From: Phyllosticta citribraziliensis
Lineage: Eukaryota
Reading direction: 5' to 3'
Assembly (NCBI RefSeq): GCF_038025025.1
Contig: NW_027117342.1
Span: 558,001 to 622,000 of the forward strand
Length of the DNA stretch: 64,000 nucleotides
Under the pieces are notes generated by a model that was not told the origin of the DNA, made no database searches, and was given only the letters and a program-made list of their open reading frames with translations. Of this stretch, positions 1 through 10,423 are shown piece after piece. The position numbers were made by a program, and so were the translations under genes. Every line of letters starts with the position of its first letter. The stretch's first letter is position 1.

Positions 1-1271
1 GCATCTTTGACATCCAAAAGCGCATCGGCGTCTCGTCCCCCGAAGTGCATGCATTCTTCCCCAAGCATCTCAGTTTGCGGCGCGTGTTGGAGTCTGCGTG
101 GGCCGACACGCCTCTAACCAAGCCCAAGCTCACTGCCACAGACGACGATCGGGTCGATATTTGCCTACGATGGTTCCGAAAGGAGCTGAATCCAGCCCTC
201 GGCGACGAAACCCTGGACCGCCTCGAGCGCTACCGCAACGACCGCACCACCACCTCAGACGACGAGGAAGCTCCATTCAAAATCAAAATGGTTGGTAAAA
301 AAGGGGGCTCGACGTTGATAGCCAGATACCTGACGGTAGTCGAGACGCGCATGGACGACGAAAAGGTCGTGGGCGCCGAGTTGGACTGGGCGGATTCGAT
401 GAAGTTTGGCGACCTTTCCTTTTCCGGGCAGCGCGTGGCCCTGTTCCTGCGCGCCATCATCAAGCGGCCGGACCTGGTGGTGCTGGACGAGGCCTTTTCC
501 GGCATGGACGAGTTTGCGCGCGAAAAGTGCATGCTGTTCCTGCACCACGGCGAGCGCATGAGCCTGCGGTGGACCAACCTGTCGCGGCGGCCGCACCCGA
601 GCGGGCCCAAGGCCATCGAGTCCGACCGCTCCGTCCTCAAGCGCGTCACCGTGTCGGGCCTGTCGGACCGCCAGGCGCTCATCGTCGTGGCGCACAAGCG
701 CGAAGACGTGCCCAGCAGCGTCCGCAAGTACCTGACGCTGCCGGAGCCCGGCACGGGACAGCCACCCCTCGTCGGCGACCTGGCGGTGCCCCTGCGCACC
801 GAGTACCGCCTGTGGCCGGCCATCTGGGGCGTCTCCAAGTTCGAGGACTTGCACGCCCCGCACGGCGCCGCCTTTGGCTGGAAGGGCTCGCCGTTTGAAA
901 ACTACGCCGCCGGCTGCCAGGAGGAGATTTTCAGGCTGGCGCCCGAGCGCAGCAGGCGGTGGAAGCGCACAAAGCCTAAGCCGAAGGTTCCGGACGAGGA
1001 ACGCCGGCCGCGGGGCAGACCGCGCGTCAAGTCGGGCGTCGAGGAAGAGGTGCCGTCCGAGTTTGTCGACTTGGACGACTACATGGAGAGTTTGGAGCAC
1101 CAGCAGGAGCCGGCGTGGAAGAAGAGGAGGGAGGAGGCAAAGGCAACGGCGATGGACAAAGATAAGAATGAGGCGGAGGAGGACGAGGAGGATACGCATG
1201 AGGCGGAGAAGGAGGACGAGGAGGATACGCATGAGAAACAGGAGAGCAAAGATGAAAAGACGCAAGACTAG
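1..1271 (+). CDS. ABC-type ATPase, ModF/YDR061W-like (5'-truncated by window edge)
   Basis: Frame is open from the window start (IFDIQKRIGVSSPEVHAFFP). Signature-like LSFSGQR, Walker B/D-loop LVVLDEAFSGMD and H-loop IVVAH; no TM segments in the visible part; long charged C-terminal tail. Confidence 0.8.
   Translation, partial: IFDIQKRIGVSSPEVHAFFPKHLSLRRVLESAWADTPLTKPKLTATDDDRVDICLRWFRKELNPALGDETLDRLERYRNDRTTTSDDEEAPFKIKMVGKKGGSTLIARYLTVVETRMDDEKVVGAELDWADSMKFGDLSFSGQRVALFLRAIIKRPDLVVLDEAFSGMDEFAREKCMLFLHHGERMSLRWTNLSRRPHPSGPKAIESDRSVLKRVTVSGLSDRQALIVVAHKREDVPSSVRKYLTLPEPGTGQPPLVGDLAVPLRTEYRLWPAIWGVSKFEDLHAPHGAAFGWKGSPFENYAAGCQEEIFRLAPERSRRWKRTKPKPKVPDEERRPRGRPRVKSGVEEEVPSEFVDLDDYMESLEHQQEPAWKKRREEAKATAMDKDKNEAEEDEEDTHEAEKEDEEDTHEKQESKDEKTQD
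1169..1236 (+). repeat. Short coding tandem repeat (EAE(K)EDEEDTH x2)
   Basis: atgaggcggaggaggacgaggaggatacgc followed by atgaggcggagaaggaggacgaggaggatacgc and a partial third unit. Confidence 0.8.
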
Positions 1272-1844
1272 ATTTGTATGACCACCCACTCCAATCAAAC
1301 GAACGAATAGTCCAAATCGAGTTGCAACGTGCTGAATCACCCTACCCGAGCAAAGAGACTAAAGAGAAATAACCAAGGTCGTGCTGCCGACCGACTGCTG
1401 TGCGCAGCTCCTCTGCAAAAGAAATGCCCGCCACTGCTCGCAAACCAGAAACTGATGGAAGATGTCCACCCACTCATCCAAAATTGACTCACTGTTTGTC
1501 CCTCTCCGTGTGAGTCCGCAACCATTTTTCGGCTGTCCGTTCAGTAAAGCAGAAGCAGAAGCAAAAGGAAAAGGGAAAGGAAAGGCAAATCAAAAAAAGG
1601 TAGAGCAGTAAAGCAGAGCAAAGCAAAGCAAATGCAAGAAAGTGAGAAATGAAAAAGCCACTGCAGTGCAAAGAGCGTCGTAGCTGGCCGCTGGCCGCTG
1701 GCTCTTGTACGCAGCAACGGTAGCAGCAGTATCAAGTGGGTCGTAAAACGCACCCCACCGCCGTAGGTAGATTTGCACCGTCGTCGTCGCTGGGTGCAGT
1801 GTGTGCAATGGTTGATGTGCCGGTTCTGCTGTATGTACTGCGAC

Positions 1845-4433
1845 TCAAGACCAAAGCCAGCCGAAAATGCCCTTGGTGTTGCCGTTGCTGTTGTTGGCGG
1901 CCGACGCGTGCGCTGCGTTCGCTTTGGCGGCAAGCTGCATCTGATGGTCTTGCTCGTCGTTGCCATCGTACGTGTGCATTGCGTTGTGGCCGTGGTCGGG
2001 CGAGGTAGCGTCCGTGTTCTGCATCTCAGTGTCGACTCCGTCGTTCGAGGCCGCGTCGGAGCCGTAGTTGGAGCCATCACTGATGCTGCCACGCTCGTCC
2101 AGGGTATGCTCAGACTCTTCTTCGTCAGAAGCATCGGCAGCGCTGCCGGCGTGGGACGAAGCGTGCTCGTCGTCAGTGTTGGCGGAAGTGGCGCTGCTGT
2201 GGGCGGGCGAAGTGTTGGCGTGGTTGGCGGACGACGAGCGCGCTTCTTCGTTCATGTGCTGCTGTCTGGTATTGTCGCCCCAGAAGAGCTGGAGAGTTTG
2301 GATCTGCTCCTCTGTGAGGACAGGGCTGCCAGCACGCGAGTGAGCGGCGGTGGCTTGGATCTGCTCGTCTGCACCAGAGCAAGAAGAGCTGTAGCTGCGC
2401 TCGCTGCCCATGCTGTCGTTCCGCTTATCCGTGTCAGAGTGGGACTCCTCGGCATTGGCGGAGTCGGAGTCGTGGGATGAAGCGTGCTCGTCTTCGCTGT
2501 CGTGCATGTGGACATCCTCGTCGATGACGGGGCTGCCGACTTGCTCCTCCGTGTCGTCCTGGGCATTCATGGGGATGTCGTCGTGTCCAGCAGCAGGGGT
2601 TTGAGGCGTCTCTGACTCAGTCTGAAGGTCATCGGTGCCGCCGTGGGCTTGGTTGTCCGTAGCGTCGACAGTGACATTACCTGCTCCCGACTCGTGCTCT
2701 TGGGGCTCAACTGCTTCGTTGTCGCCACCCTCGACTTCTTCTGCGGTAGGCCTGTCGTTGTCGTTGTGATCAGTCTGTACAGAGCCCTGCATATTGTCGC
2801 TGGTCTGGTTGGCTCCGCCAAAAAGGTTGTCGTCTTTGTTGCTCTGGGAACTCTGAAACTCGGCCAACTCCTGGGCCTGCTTCTCTGCCTGACGCGCCTC
2901 CCACTCAACCTTTGCCTTCTCTCTGACATCCGTCAAGCGATCAAGCTGAAAGCCGCTGATGCTCCACGACAGATCCTTGCCTTCGAAAAAGCCAATCTCC
3001 ACCATCGAAGTCTGACCCGGGCCTTTGATGTGCGGCTCCTTGCCTTGGGCGTAGCGGCGCAACTTCTCCAGCGCCCAGGGGAACTTAGTGAGCACACGGC
3101 GATGCTGCTGGGCAAAGCAGGTGATGAGATGCGAGATGAGGGCGTTGGTGCGGGGCGAATTGGTCAACTCGGCTTCAATCATGTACTTGTACGGGCGCTT
3201 CGGGGCTTGCTTGGGGGCTGGCTTCGTTGGGACCGCCTGGGGAATTGGGTCGGTGGGCGCAGCCGTGTTGGAGTGAGACTTGGTCGGAACGCTTTTGGTA
3301 GACTTGATGGGCAACTTGACGATGAGTGACTTCTCGGCCTTGGGCTGCGGCTTGACAACGAGCTTAAGTTGATTACGCTTCGTTTGGACGAGCTCATCGT
3401 CCGAGTCGATCTCAACAACTTGCGGTGCTGGCTTGCTGGACCTTCCCGTCTTCTGGCGTTTTCTGGCCGGGATGTCAGAGTCAGAGTCAGAGCCAATCTC
3501 AACCTGCTCAGCCTTTTTGGTGTCGTCCTTGCTGCGCTTCCTAGTCTCGGACACCTCCAACTGTCGAGCGCCTGTGATCTTGCCCACCTCGGGTGAATCG
3601 CACTTCGTCTCACGCACGTTCGACACTTGAGTAGCTGCCGTCTTGCTGGCGTTGGATGGGCTGGGCTTTGTCTCGCGCACAAAGACGACATCGTCATCCC
3701 CAGCGGTCGTGCCCAACATTGACTCGAGAGCCAGGACGGCCTTGGCATTACCTGCGCGCTTCAACTCACGGAGAAAGTCGCATTGGGCGTCGTAGGTGGC
3801 CTTTTGCCAGACGGCCGTGTTGAAAGGCAGCATTCCAGGGCCAGAGTGTCCAATCAACTTGTACTGAGCTTCGATGGCGAGGCGAGCTTTTTTGAGGAGC
3901 GAGACGGGCGCCGCAAATCTCCACCACCGCTTCAAAGCAATGGCAACGTACGCATAATGGTCGTCATTCATGGGTGCCCGCGGGTCGCCGAAGCGCATGA
4001 TCAGCGACCACTCAGTCTTACGTTGGTCGGGAGTGAGGTTCCTGGTGTCCCCATTGGCCGGAGGAGGACCGTCCTTGAAGATGATGTTCCCTGCCTTCTT
4101 GACTTCACTTGCCTCGACAGTTGCGAGCAGCCTTTTGAGTGGATCCTGGTGTCCGGCAAGGTCGACAACTCCGCCGGTTGCTGATTCCACGTCAGCCGTC
4201 GTCTCTGGCGTGTCGAAGCTTGTCGTACCTGGGAACATTTGATCCAGGATCTGGGTCCATGTCGTGGTGGAGACCCAGTCGAATTCATCTTGGAGGGCTT
4301 GGGCGGAGGTAGTGATGATGGTGACGAGCTCTGAGAAGCGAGCTTGCTTCTCTAGGGTCATGAGCGGGATGGTGCTTGCAGAGGACGACTCGCCTGAGCC
4401 CATGGCCGTGTTGGCACTAGGATGAGGCTCCAT
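1845..4433 (-). CDS. Hypothetical protein (~862 aa), largely disordered, with NLS-like and SIM-like motifs
   Basis: Long uninterrupted ORF; first ATG at 4433 (MEPHPS); basic cluster RKRQK; acidic C-terminal half; no recognisable catalytic motif. Confidence 0.75.
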   Translation of the reverse strand: MEPHPSANTAMGSGESSSASTIPLMTLEKQARFSELVTIITTSAQALQDEFDWVSTTTWTQILDQMFPGTTSFDTPETTADVESATGGVVDLAGHQDPLKRLLATVEASEVKKAGNIIFKDGPPPANGDTRNLTPDQRKTEWSLIMRFGDPRAPMNDDHYAYVAIALKRWWRFAAPVSLLKKARLAIEAQYKLIGHSGPGMLPFNTAVWQKATYDAQCDFLRELKRAGNAKAVLALESMLGTTAGDDDVVFVRETKPSPSNASKTAATQVSNVRETKCDSPEVGKITGARQLEVSETRKRSKDDTKKAEQVEIGSDSDSDIPARKRQKTGRSSKPAPQVVEIDSDDELVQTKRNQLKLVVKPQPKAEKSLIVKLPIKSTKSVPTKSHSNTAAPTDPIPQAVPTKPAPKQAPKRPYKYMIEAELTNSPRTNALISHLITCFAQQHRRVLTKFPWALEKLRRYAQGKEPHIKGPGQTSMVEIGFFEGKDLSWSISGFQLDRLTDVREKAKVEWEARQAEKQAQELAEFQSSQSNKDDNLFGGANQTSDNMQGSVQTDHNDNDRPTAEEVEGGDNEAVEPQEHESGAGNVTVDATDNQAHGGTDDLQTESETPQTPAAGHDDIPMNAQDDTEEQVGSPVIDEDVHMHDSEDEHASSHDSDSANAEESHSDTDKRNDSMGSERSYSSSCSGADEQIQATAAHSRAGSPVLTEEQIQTLQLFWGDNTRQQHMNEEARSSSANHANTSPAHSSATSANTDDEHASSHAGSAADASDEEESEHTLDERGSISDGSNYGSDAASNDGVDTEMQNTDATSPDHGHNAMHTYDGNDEQDHQMQLAAKANAAHASAANNSNGNTKGIFGWLWS

Positions 4434-4746
4434 GTTGGTGATATTGGATGATCTCAAGATCTGAGGTTGGAGGTTTGAGTTGAGGTTGTGAATGAAAAGT
4501 GTAGGAGGTGAATGTCGCGGAGACAACCCATTGTAGACCCAAAGCACGGACCTCTAGCCGAGATTCATGCTCACATGTTAGCAGGCACTTACCGCAGCAG
4601 GTCCACCGGTATTCGCCCGGGCGATGTCGAGTACTGTGATTACCAAGTCCAGGCAGGAGCCGCATCCAAAGGGGTCAAGGTTCACGTGATAGGAGTTGCA
4701 TACCACTGCCGTTGATTCTCCAAGTGTCGTCAATCAGGATTCATTA

Positions 4747-5826
4747 TTACGCCCCCGGCTTCAAGATCAGATTGTCAATGAGACGGACAGGGACCTGTCC
4801 ATCACCAAGTCCAAGATCTTCTCCCTCCTTTGCCTCTTCGATTGGAAGCATCTTGATTGCTCCGCTCAGAATTGCCCCCTTGCCCTCTTCAACAACTTCC
4901 ACCTCTTGAAGCGTGTCGGGATCGGCCAGCGAGATGTAGTCGACGTCAAACAAGGCCCTCTCGGTAGGCGGCGAATCCTCCTGCTCCATGACGCGAGAAT
5001 TCAACAAGTCATACGCAGGCCAAAGAATGTCGTCACGCCTCCTTCTGCCGCCCTTGTACTGCTCTTGGGCACGATGAAGGGCCTGGGAAAGAACAAGGCC
5101 AACGGCGCGTCTCCTCGTCCCGAGATAGACGTTGCGGGAGCTCATGGCTAGTCCATCCGGCTCGCGCTCTGTTGGACAAATACGGACCTCAGTGGGGATG
5201 TGGAAATCCTGGACCATGCGCCGAATGATGACAGTCTGTTGCACATCCTTCTGGCCAAAGTAGACCTTGTCGGGTTGAACAATGTTGAAGAGTTTGGTAC
5301 AGACAGTAGCAACACCGCGAAAGAATACAGGTCTCGAAGCACCCTCGAGGACGTGGGCCAAAGGTGAAATGGTAACAAAGGAGCCGGGTCCGTCAATCTC
5401 AGACGACGGGGGGAGGGTTGGATACATGACTTTGGTTGTGGGGGCAAAGATGGTGGTGATGCGGCCACGTGCATAAGCGGCCAACTCTTGGTCCAGTGCA
5501 TGCAGCTTTTCCAAATCAGAGTCCCAGGTCCGGGGATAGCTGTCGAGGTCTTCGTTGACGCCAAACTGAGTTGGGTTGACGTAGATGCTGACAAAAACTT
5601 CGTCGTTTTCCTGGGCGGCCTGTCGAGCTAGCGAGAGGTGACCCTGGTGAAGCGCTCCCATGGTAGGCACCAGGCCTATGGATTTCTGGTCGAGCACGCG
5701 TTGGCGACGGTACGCGCGCAGAGGATCAACCTCGCGAAAGACGCGAAAGGCATTGGCGGCAGTGGAGCTCATACGGCGGGAAAATGCAAATTTGGTTGAT
5801 GGAATGCGGGTCGCTGAGCGAAGCAT
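4747..5826 (-). CDS. PAN6: Pantoate-beta-alanine ligase (pantothenate synthetase)
   Basis: VPTMGALHQGH, SIYVNPTQF, FGQKDVQQ, REPDGLAMSSRN and VRLIDN are PanC family motifs. Confidence 0.97.
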   Translation of the reverse strand: MLRSATRIPSTKFAFSRRMSSTAANAFRVFREVDPLRAYRRQRVLDQKSIGLVPTMGALHQGHLSLARQAAQENDEVFVSIYVNPTQFGVNEDLDSYPRTWDSDLEKLHALDQELAAYARGRITTIFAPTTKVMYPTLPPSSEIDGPGSFVTISPLAHVLEGASRPVFFRGVATVCTKLFNIVQPDKVYFGQKDVQQTVIIRRMVQDFHIPTEVRICPTEREPDGLAMSSRNVYLGTRRRAVGLVLSQALHRAQEQYKGGRRRRDDILWPAYDLLNSRVMEQEDSPPTERALFDVDYISLADPDTLQEVEVVEEGKGAILSGAIKMLPIEEAKEGEDLGLGDGQVPVRLIDNLILKPGA

Positions 5827-6037
5827 GATGGAAAACGTGTCGCTTCAGCCGGGGCGAGAGGGGGAAAAGGAGGCAAGAGCCATTGCGCGCAGATAAAGGT
5901 GGTGTTGTCGTGCCGTGAGGTTCGCCGTCAGTCTCATCACGGGAGCACGGGCCACGGACCCCGGCCAGCAATTTTCCATTCGACTGCGACTGCGACCCTT
6001 CCTTCTTCTCTCCACCACCTCACCTCACACCGCAACC

Positions 6038-8269
6038 ATGGATGATGGAATGCTCCTCAACTTTGACCTAGGCGATGCCGCGATCGTCGCCAGGCCCAGC
6101 TTCAAGGGCGGACGCTGGAAAGACCGGCTGACTGCCAAAAAGGCCGTCCTGCGCCGCCAGAAAAAAACCAACCCGCAAGAAGAGGCTGAAGACACTCAAG
6201 ACCGCCCCGTCAAGCGCCAGCGAGTAGAGGAACCCCAGGCTCGGGCACCTCAACGTCAAGTTCAGCCCGGAGAATTCGTGTCGTCGCTTTTCACCAAGAA
6301 TCCCGAATCTCGCACCAAGGACGACTCACCAGAACCCGAAAACCACGAGCCTATCGCTCCGACAAACGCCCCGCTGTCGCCAGAGCTCGAAAACTTTACA
6401 ACCCTTGGCCTGTCGCCCAACATCGCGGCCCACCTGCTTAACAAACTCGACATCAAATCGCCGACAGCGATTCAAAAGGCGGCAGTCACACAGTTGGTCA
6501 AGGAAGATTCGGACGCCTTTATCCAGGCGCAGACTGGTTCGGGAAAAACATTGGCATACCTGCTGCCCATTGTACAACGGCTCATTGCTCTCGGAGACAA
6601 GGTTCACCGCGACTCGGGACTGTTTGCGATTGTCTTGGCCCCTACGCGCGAGCTCAGCAAGCAAATTTCGGTCGTACTGGAAAATCTGCTGCGATGCGCA
6701 CATTGGATCGTCCCTGGGACAGTCATTGGAGGAGAAAAGAAAAAGTCGGAAAAGGCGCGCGTGCGCAAGGGACTCAACATTTTGGTTGCCACTCCTGGAC
6801 GACTGGTGGATCATTTGGAGCACACCGAGGCGCTGGACGTGAGCAATGTGCGATGGCTGGTGCTGGACGAGGGTGACCGACTGATGGAGCTGGGGTTTGA
6901 AAACGACATTCAAAAGATTGTGGGCGCACTGAACCTCCGGATGAAGGCCGCCAAACACCGAATTCCTGGACTGCCTGAAAAGAGAATGACGATTCTCTGC
7001 TCGGCCACGATGAAAATGAATGTTCAACGGCTAGGAGAGATTAGCTTGAAAGAGGCGGTCCACATTCAAGCAGATCCGGCCGAAAAGGACGAGACTGAAA
7101 AGGAGACGACGTTTTCAGCACCGGCCCAGTTAAAGCAGTCGTATGCTGTGGTGCCGGCCAAGCTGCGTCTCGTCACGCTCATGGCCGTGTTGAAGAGGGC
7201 GTTTGCGCGCAAGGGATCCGTCAGCAAGGTCATTGTCTTTGTTTCTTGCGCCGATTCGGTCGAGTTTCACTTCGAAGTGCTGTCGAGAGAACTGGAAGAG
7301 CCCAAACCAAGCGAGGAGGATACTAAGAAGGCCACTACCGAGAAGAAGCCTAACCGCAGGGAAGACTCGAAGCAAACCCGCACAGAAGAAAAACAACCTA
7401 TCCGCACGTCAGCATCCGCACCCCTCCTCTCCTCCCAAGAAAGCCCCGTCTCCATCTTCAAACTCCACGGCTCGCTGGCCCAATCCGTCCGCACATCAAC
7501 CCTCTCCACCTTTACGCGCTCCGCCACTCCCTCGGTCCTCATCTGTACCGACGTCGCCTCTCGCGGTCTCGACGTCCCCAACGTCGACTTTGTCATCGAG
7601 TACGACCCAGCCTTCAGCGCCGACGACCACCTGCACCGCATCGGCCGTACCGCGCGTGCCGGCCGTGACGGCCGCGCCCTCATCTTTCTTCAGCCGGGCT
7701 CGGAAGAGGGCTACGTGACGCTCCTCCGGCGCGACAGGCCGGACGCGGCCGCCCACCTCGCGCGGCACGACGCGTCGGAGCTGCTGGCGCGCGGCTTCGC
7801 GCCGACGACGGGCATCGTGCGCGGCGGGCGGCGCGAGTGGGAGGACGCGGCGACGGCGGCGCAGCTGGACATCGAGCGGTGGGCGCTCGCGCAGCCGGCG
7901 CGGCTGGAGCTGGCGCGCCGCGGCTACCAGAGCCACGTCCGCGCGTACGCGACGCACGTGGCGGCCGAGCGCGGCTTCTTCGACATCAAGGCGCTGCATC
8001 TGGGCCACCTGGCCAAGGCGTTTGCGCTGCGCGACAAGCCGGGCGCGATCCGCGTGCCGGGGCTGCGGCCGAGCGCCGACGGCGGCAAGGGGTCCAAGGA
8101 GGAGCGGCGCATCAGCGCAAAGGCGAAGGCGAAGACGGGCGCGGGCTCGTCGACGGCGCTGGAGGATGTGGATACGGGGGCGCAGGCGGATATGGATGCG
8201 GCGGGGCGCAAGATGCGCATGTTGGCGCGCAAGATGGCGGGCGGCGCGAGCGAGTTCAATTTGGGGTAG
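6038..8269 (+). CDS. DBP7: ATP-dependent DEAD-box RNA helicase Dbp7 (60S biogenesis)
   Basis: N-terminal MDDGMLLNF...FKGGRWKDR, AQTGSGKT, PTREL, the Dbp7-typical DEGD, SAT, HRIGRTAR and C-terminal ASEFNLG. Confidence 0.95.
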   Translation: MDDGMLLNFDLGDAAIVARPSFKGGRWKDRLTAKKAVLRRQKKTNPQEEAEDTQDRPVKRQRVEEPQARAPQRQVQPGEFVSSLFTKNPESRTKDDSPEPENHEPIAPTNAPLSPELENFTTLGLSPNIAAHLLNKLDIKSPTAIQKAAVTQLVKEDSDAFIQAQTGSGKTLAYLLPIVQRLIALGDKVHRDSGLFAIVLAPTRELSKQISVVLENLLRCAHWIVPGTVIGGEKKKSEKARVRKGLNILVATPGRLVDHLEHTEALDVSNVRWLVLDEGDRLMELGFENDIQKIVGALNLRMKAAKHRIPGLPEKRMTILCSATMKMNVQRLGEISLKEAVHIQADPAEKDETEKETTFSAPAQLKQSYAVVPAKLRLVTLMAVLKRAFARKGSVSKVIVFVSCADSVEFHFEVLSRELEEPKPSEEDTKKATTEKKPNRREDSKQTRTEEKQPIRTSASAPLLSSQESPVSIFKLHGSLAQSVRTSTLSTFTRSATPSVLICTDVASRGLDVPNVDFVIEYDPAFSADDHLHRIGRTARAGRDGRALIFLQPGSEEGYVTLLRRDRPDAAAHLARHDASELLARGFAPTTGIVRGGRREWEDAATAAQLDIERWALAQPARLELARRGYQSHVRAYATHVAAERGFFDIKALHLGHLAKAFALRDKPGAIRVPGLRPSADGGKGSKEERRISAKAKAKTGAGSSTALEDVDTGAQADMDAAGRKMRMLARKMAGGASEFNLG

Positions 8270-8342
8270 ACGACTTATTTTTCATATATACATATACATA
8301 TGCTACGATTCCTATATACATTGCTTCATTCTTTGCGCCAGC

Positions 8343-9733
8343 TCAATACACGTCCCACAGCGACACCTTGCCGTCCTTGGAGCCAGCAGCCACCCAGTGC
8401 ACGCCGGCAACGCGCTCCTCGCGGCGGCGGCGCACGTGGGCCAGCGCGCCCTGGCCGCCGCCGTCGTCTGTCTCGTCGCCGTCCAGCACGTCGCCGAAGC
8501 CCACCGCGTAGCACCCCTCGGCGTGCCACTTGAGCACGGCCATTTCGCGCAGCGTCCGCGTCGAGTACACGCGCGCGCGCCCGTCCCAGCCGGCGGTGGC
8601 CAGGAGCCGGCCGTCGGAGCGCACGGCGAGTGATTGCTGCCCTGCGCGCTTGGTTTTGAGGGTTTGCGCGGGGGCGGTTGGGGCCGCGGGGACGGGGTTG
8701 GGGATGTTGGTAGAGGAGGGGGAAGGGGAAGGGGAGGAGGATAGAGCTGCTGAGAGGAGGGAGGGCGGGTTTGGTTTTGATGGCGGAGGCTTTGATGGGT
8801 GTGGTGGAGGCTTTGACATGGATGCAGGCGGGAGAGTAGGAGAGACGACGTGCTTGGCCACGACGTCGTCGGCGCCAGACGAAAAGTACGTCAGGGGCCC
8901 GTCAGGGGGGCCCGGCAGCGGACACAGCGAGAGCAGCGGCTGCGTGTGCGGCGTGCTGGCGTAGATGCGCGTCCAGCTGCCGCTCGTAGCGTCGTGGCCA
9001 AAGACGACGGTCAACCCGCTCTCGTAGCCGGCTATCAGACGCAGCTGGGGGCCGGGGACGAGCGCGAGAGCCATGACCATGCCTGCGAGTGGGTGTCAGA
9101 GAGGGACTTGAACAAGATGCTGCGGTGGCAGGCTGACCTGTCTGCAGTTCCGTCTTGGGGACGGTGCTGAAGCGGCGCTCGCTGGGCAGGCCGTGGACGG
9201 CAATCTGACCATCAAGGACGCCCGGGACGGCGACAAGGGTCGAGTCGACGTCGTCGTCGTCGTCGTCATTGTCGACTCTGCAGATTGCAAAAGGGCAGAA
9301 ATTCAGCGTGTTGACGGGGATCGAGTGCAGCAGCCACGGCTGCTTGCGATGGGCGTCGGCATTGTCGACGGGCAAGACGGTGTCGAGGGCGGCTTCGTCG
9401 TCGGGGCGGAGCTGCCAGACGCGCAAGTGAGAGTCGCGGCCATGGCTGGAGACAATTAGTTGAGAGGGAACAATGAGGGTTGCCGCATTCGGCGGCGCGT
9501 GGTGGTTATTGTACCCACGTGATGATGCGGTCGTGGTCAGCGTCGAGGCCGAGAATGGTGGCCGAGTGAGGACGCCATACAGCGGCCGGGCGCTTGGAGG
9601 CGAGATTCCAGAGGACGAGCCAGCCGTCGGCGTCGCCCGTCAGCAGGCGAGAGTTGCGGCGCAGGAAGCGCACGGCGTGGATGGTGGCAGCGTGGCCGCG
9701 CAGGACGTAGGCAGGCGTTGCGGGCTTTGACAT
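8343..9733 (-). CDS. ASA1: ASTRA-associated WD40 protein Asa1 (GNB1L-like), 2 introns
   Basis: PAYVLRGH...LLTGDADGWLVLW, VNTLNFC, TGMVMAL, GYESG, ATAGWDGRARVYS and GSKDGKVSLWDVY across three frames joined by GT-AG introns (~9515-9446 and ~9137-9083). Confidence 0.88.
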
Positions 9734-10423
9734 GAGCTGGGTTGGGATGAGTTGAGTTGAGGTTGAGGACCTAAAAGGCAAGCCGGGACGAGGCGTCGGC
9801 GTCGATCTTGACAGTCGGAGCGAGGGCGGGCGGGAGGACCTGACGGACTGTCTGATCACTGACTGACTGGCGATGGTCTCCCGTCCCTATTTTTGGTGTT
9901 GAGTGTCCAGCTCGTGGCCGGCTGCTGCGCCTAAACTGGGCCGGGCGGTAGGCAACTCATTTTCAGCCGCTCCAGGGCAGGACAGGACTCTTTGACTCGA
10001 CCTCTCCATCACTTAACTTGACGTCCGCCCACTCTGTACCTCGTCCATCTCTTCATCTCTCATCTCTCATCTCTCACTCCCCCGGCGTCTCCTCCTGTGC
10101 CCTGCCCTTGCAGATCGACCTGGGAGGGACCTCAGCGCCGGACAGGCCACCCTCCGGCCTCGACCTCGCCAAAACTTGCCGCCGACTTTCCCACCTTGTT
10201 CGTCATCGCATCACCTCCGCTCTCTCTCTCAGCCTGCATGGTGCTCCGTCGTCCTTGTTCGCCTCGGACACTCCGCTCGCACCGCGAAACCACGCCAACC
10301 CTCCAAACCTCGTCCCACGTCCTCCTGTCGAGCCGCCCGTCAATGAGACGAGACGTTTAATCCGACGTCTGCCTTTTATTCGTCCTTCATGCCCACATCT
10401 TTCCTCCGCATCCTCCACGCAGC

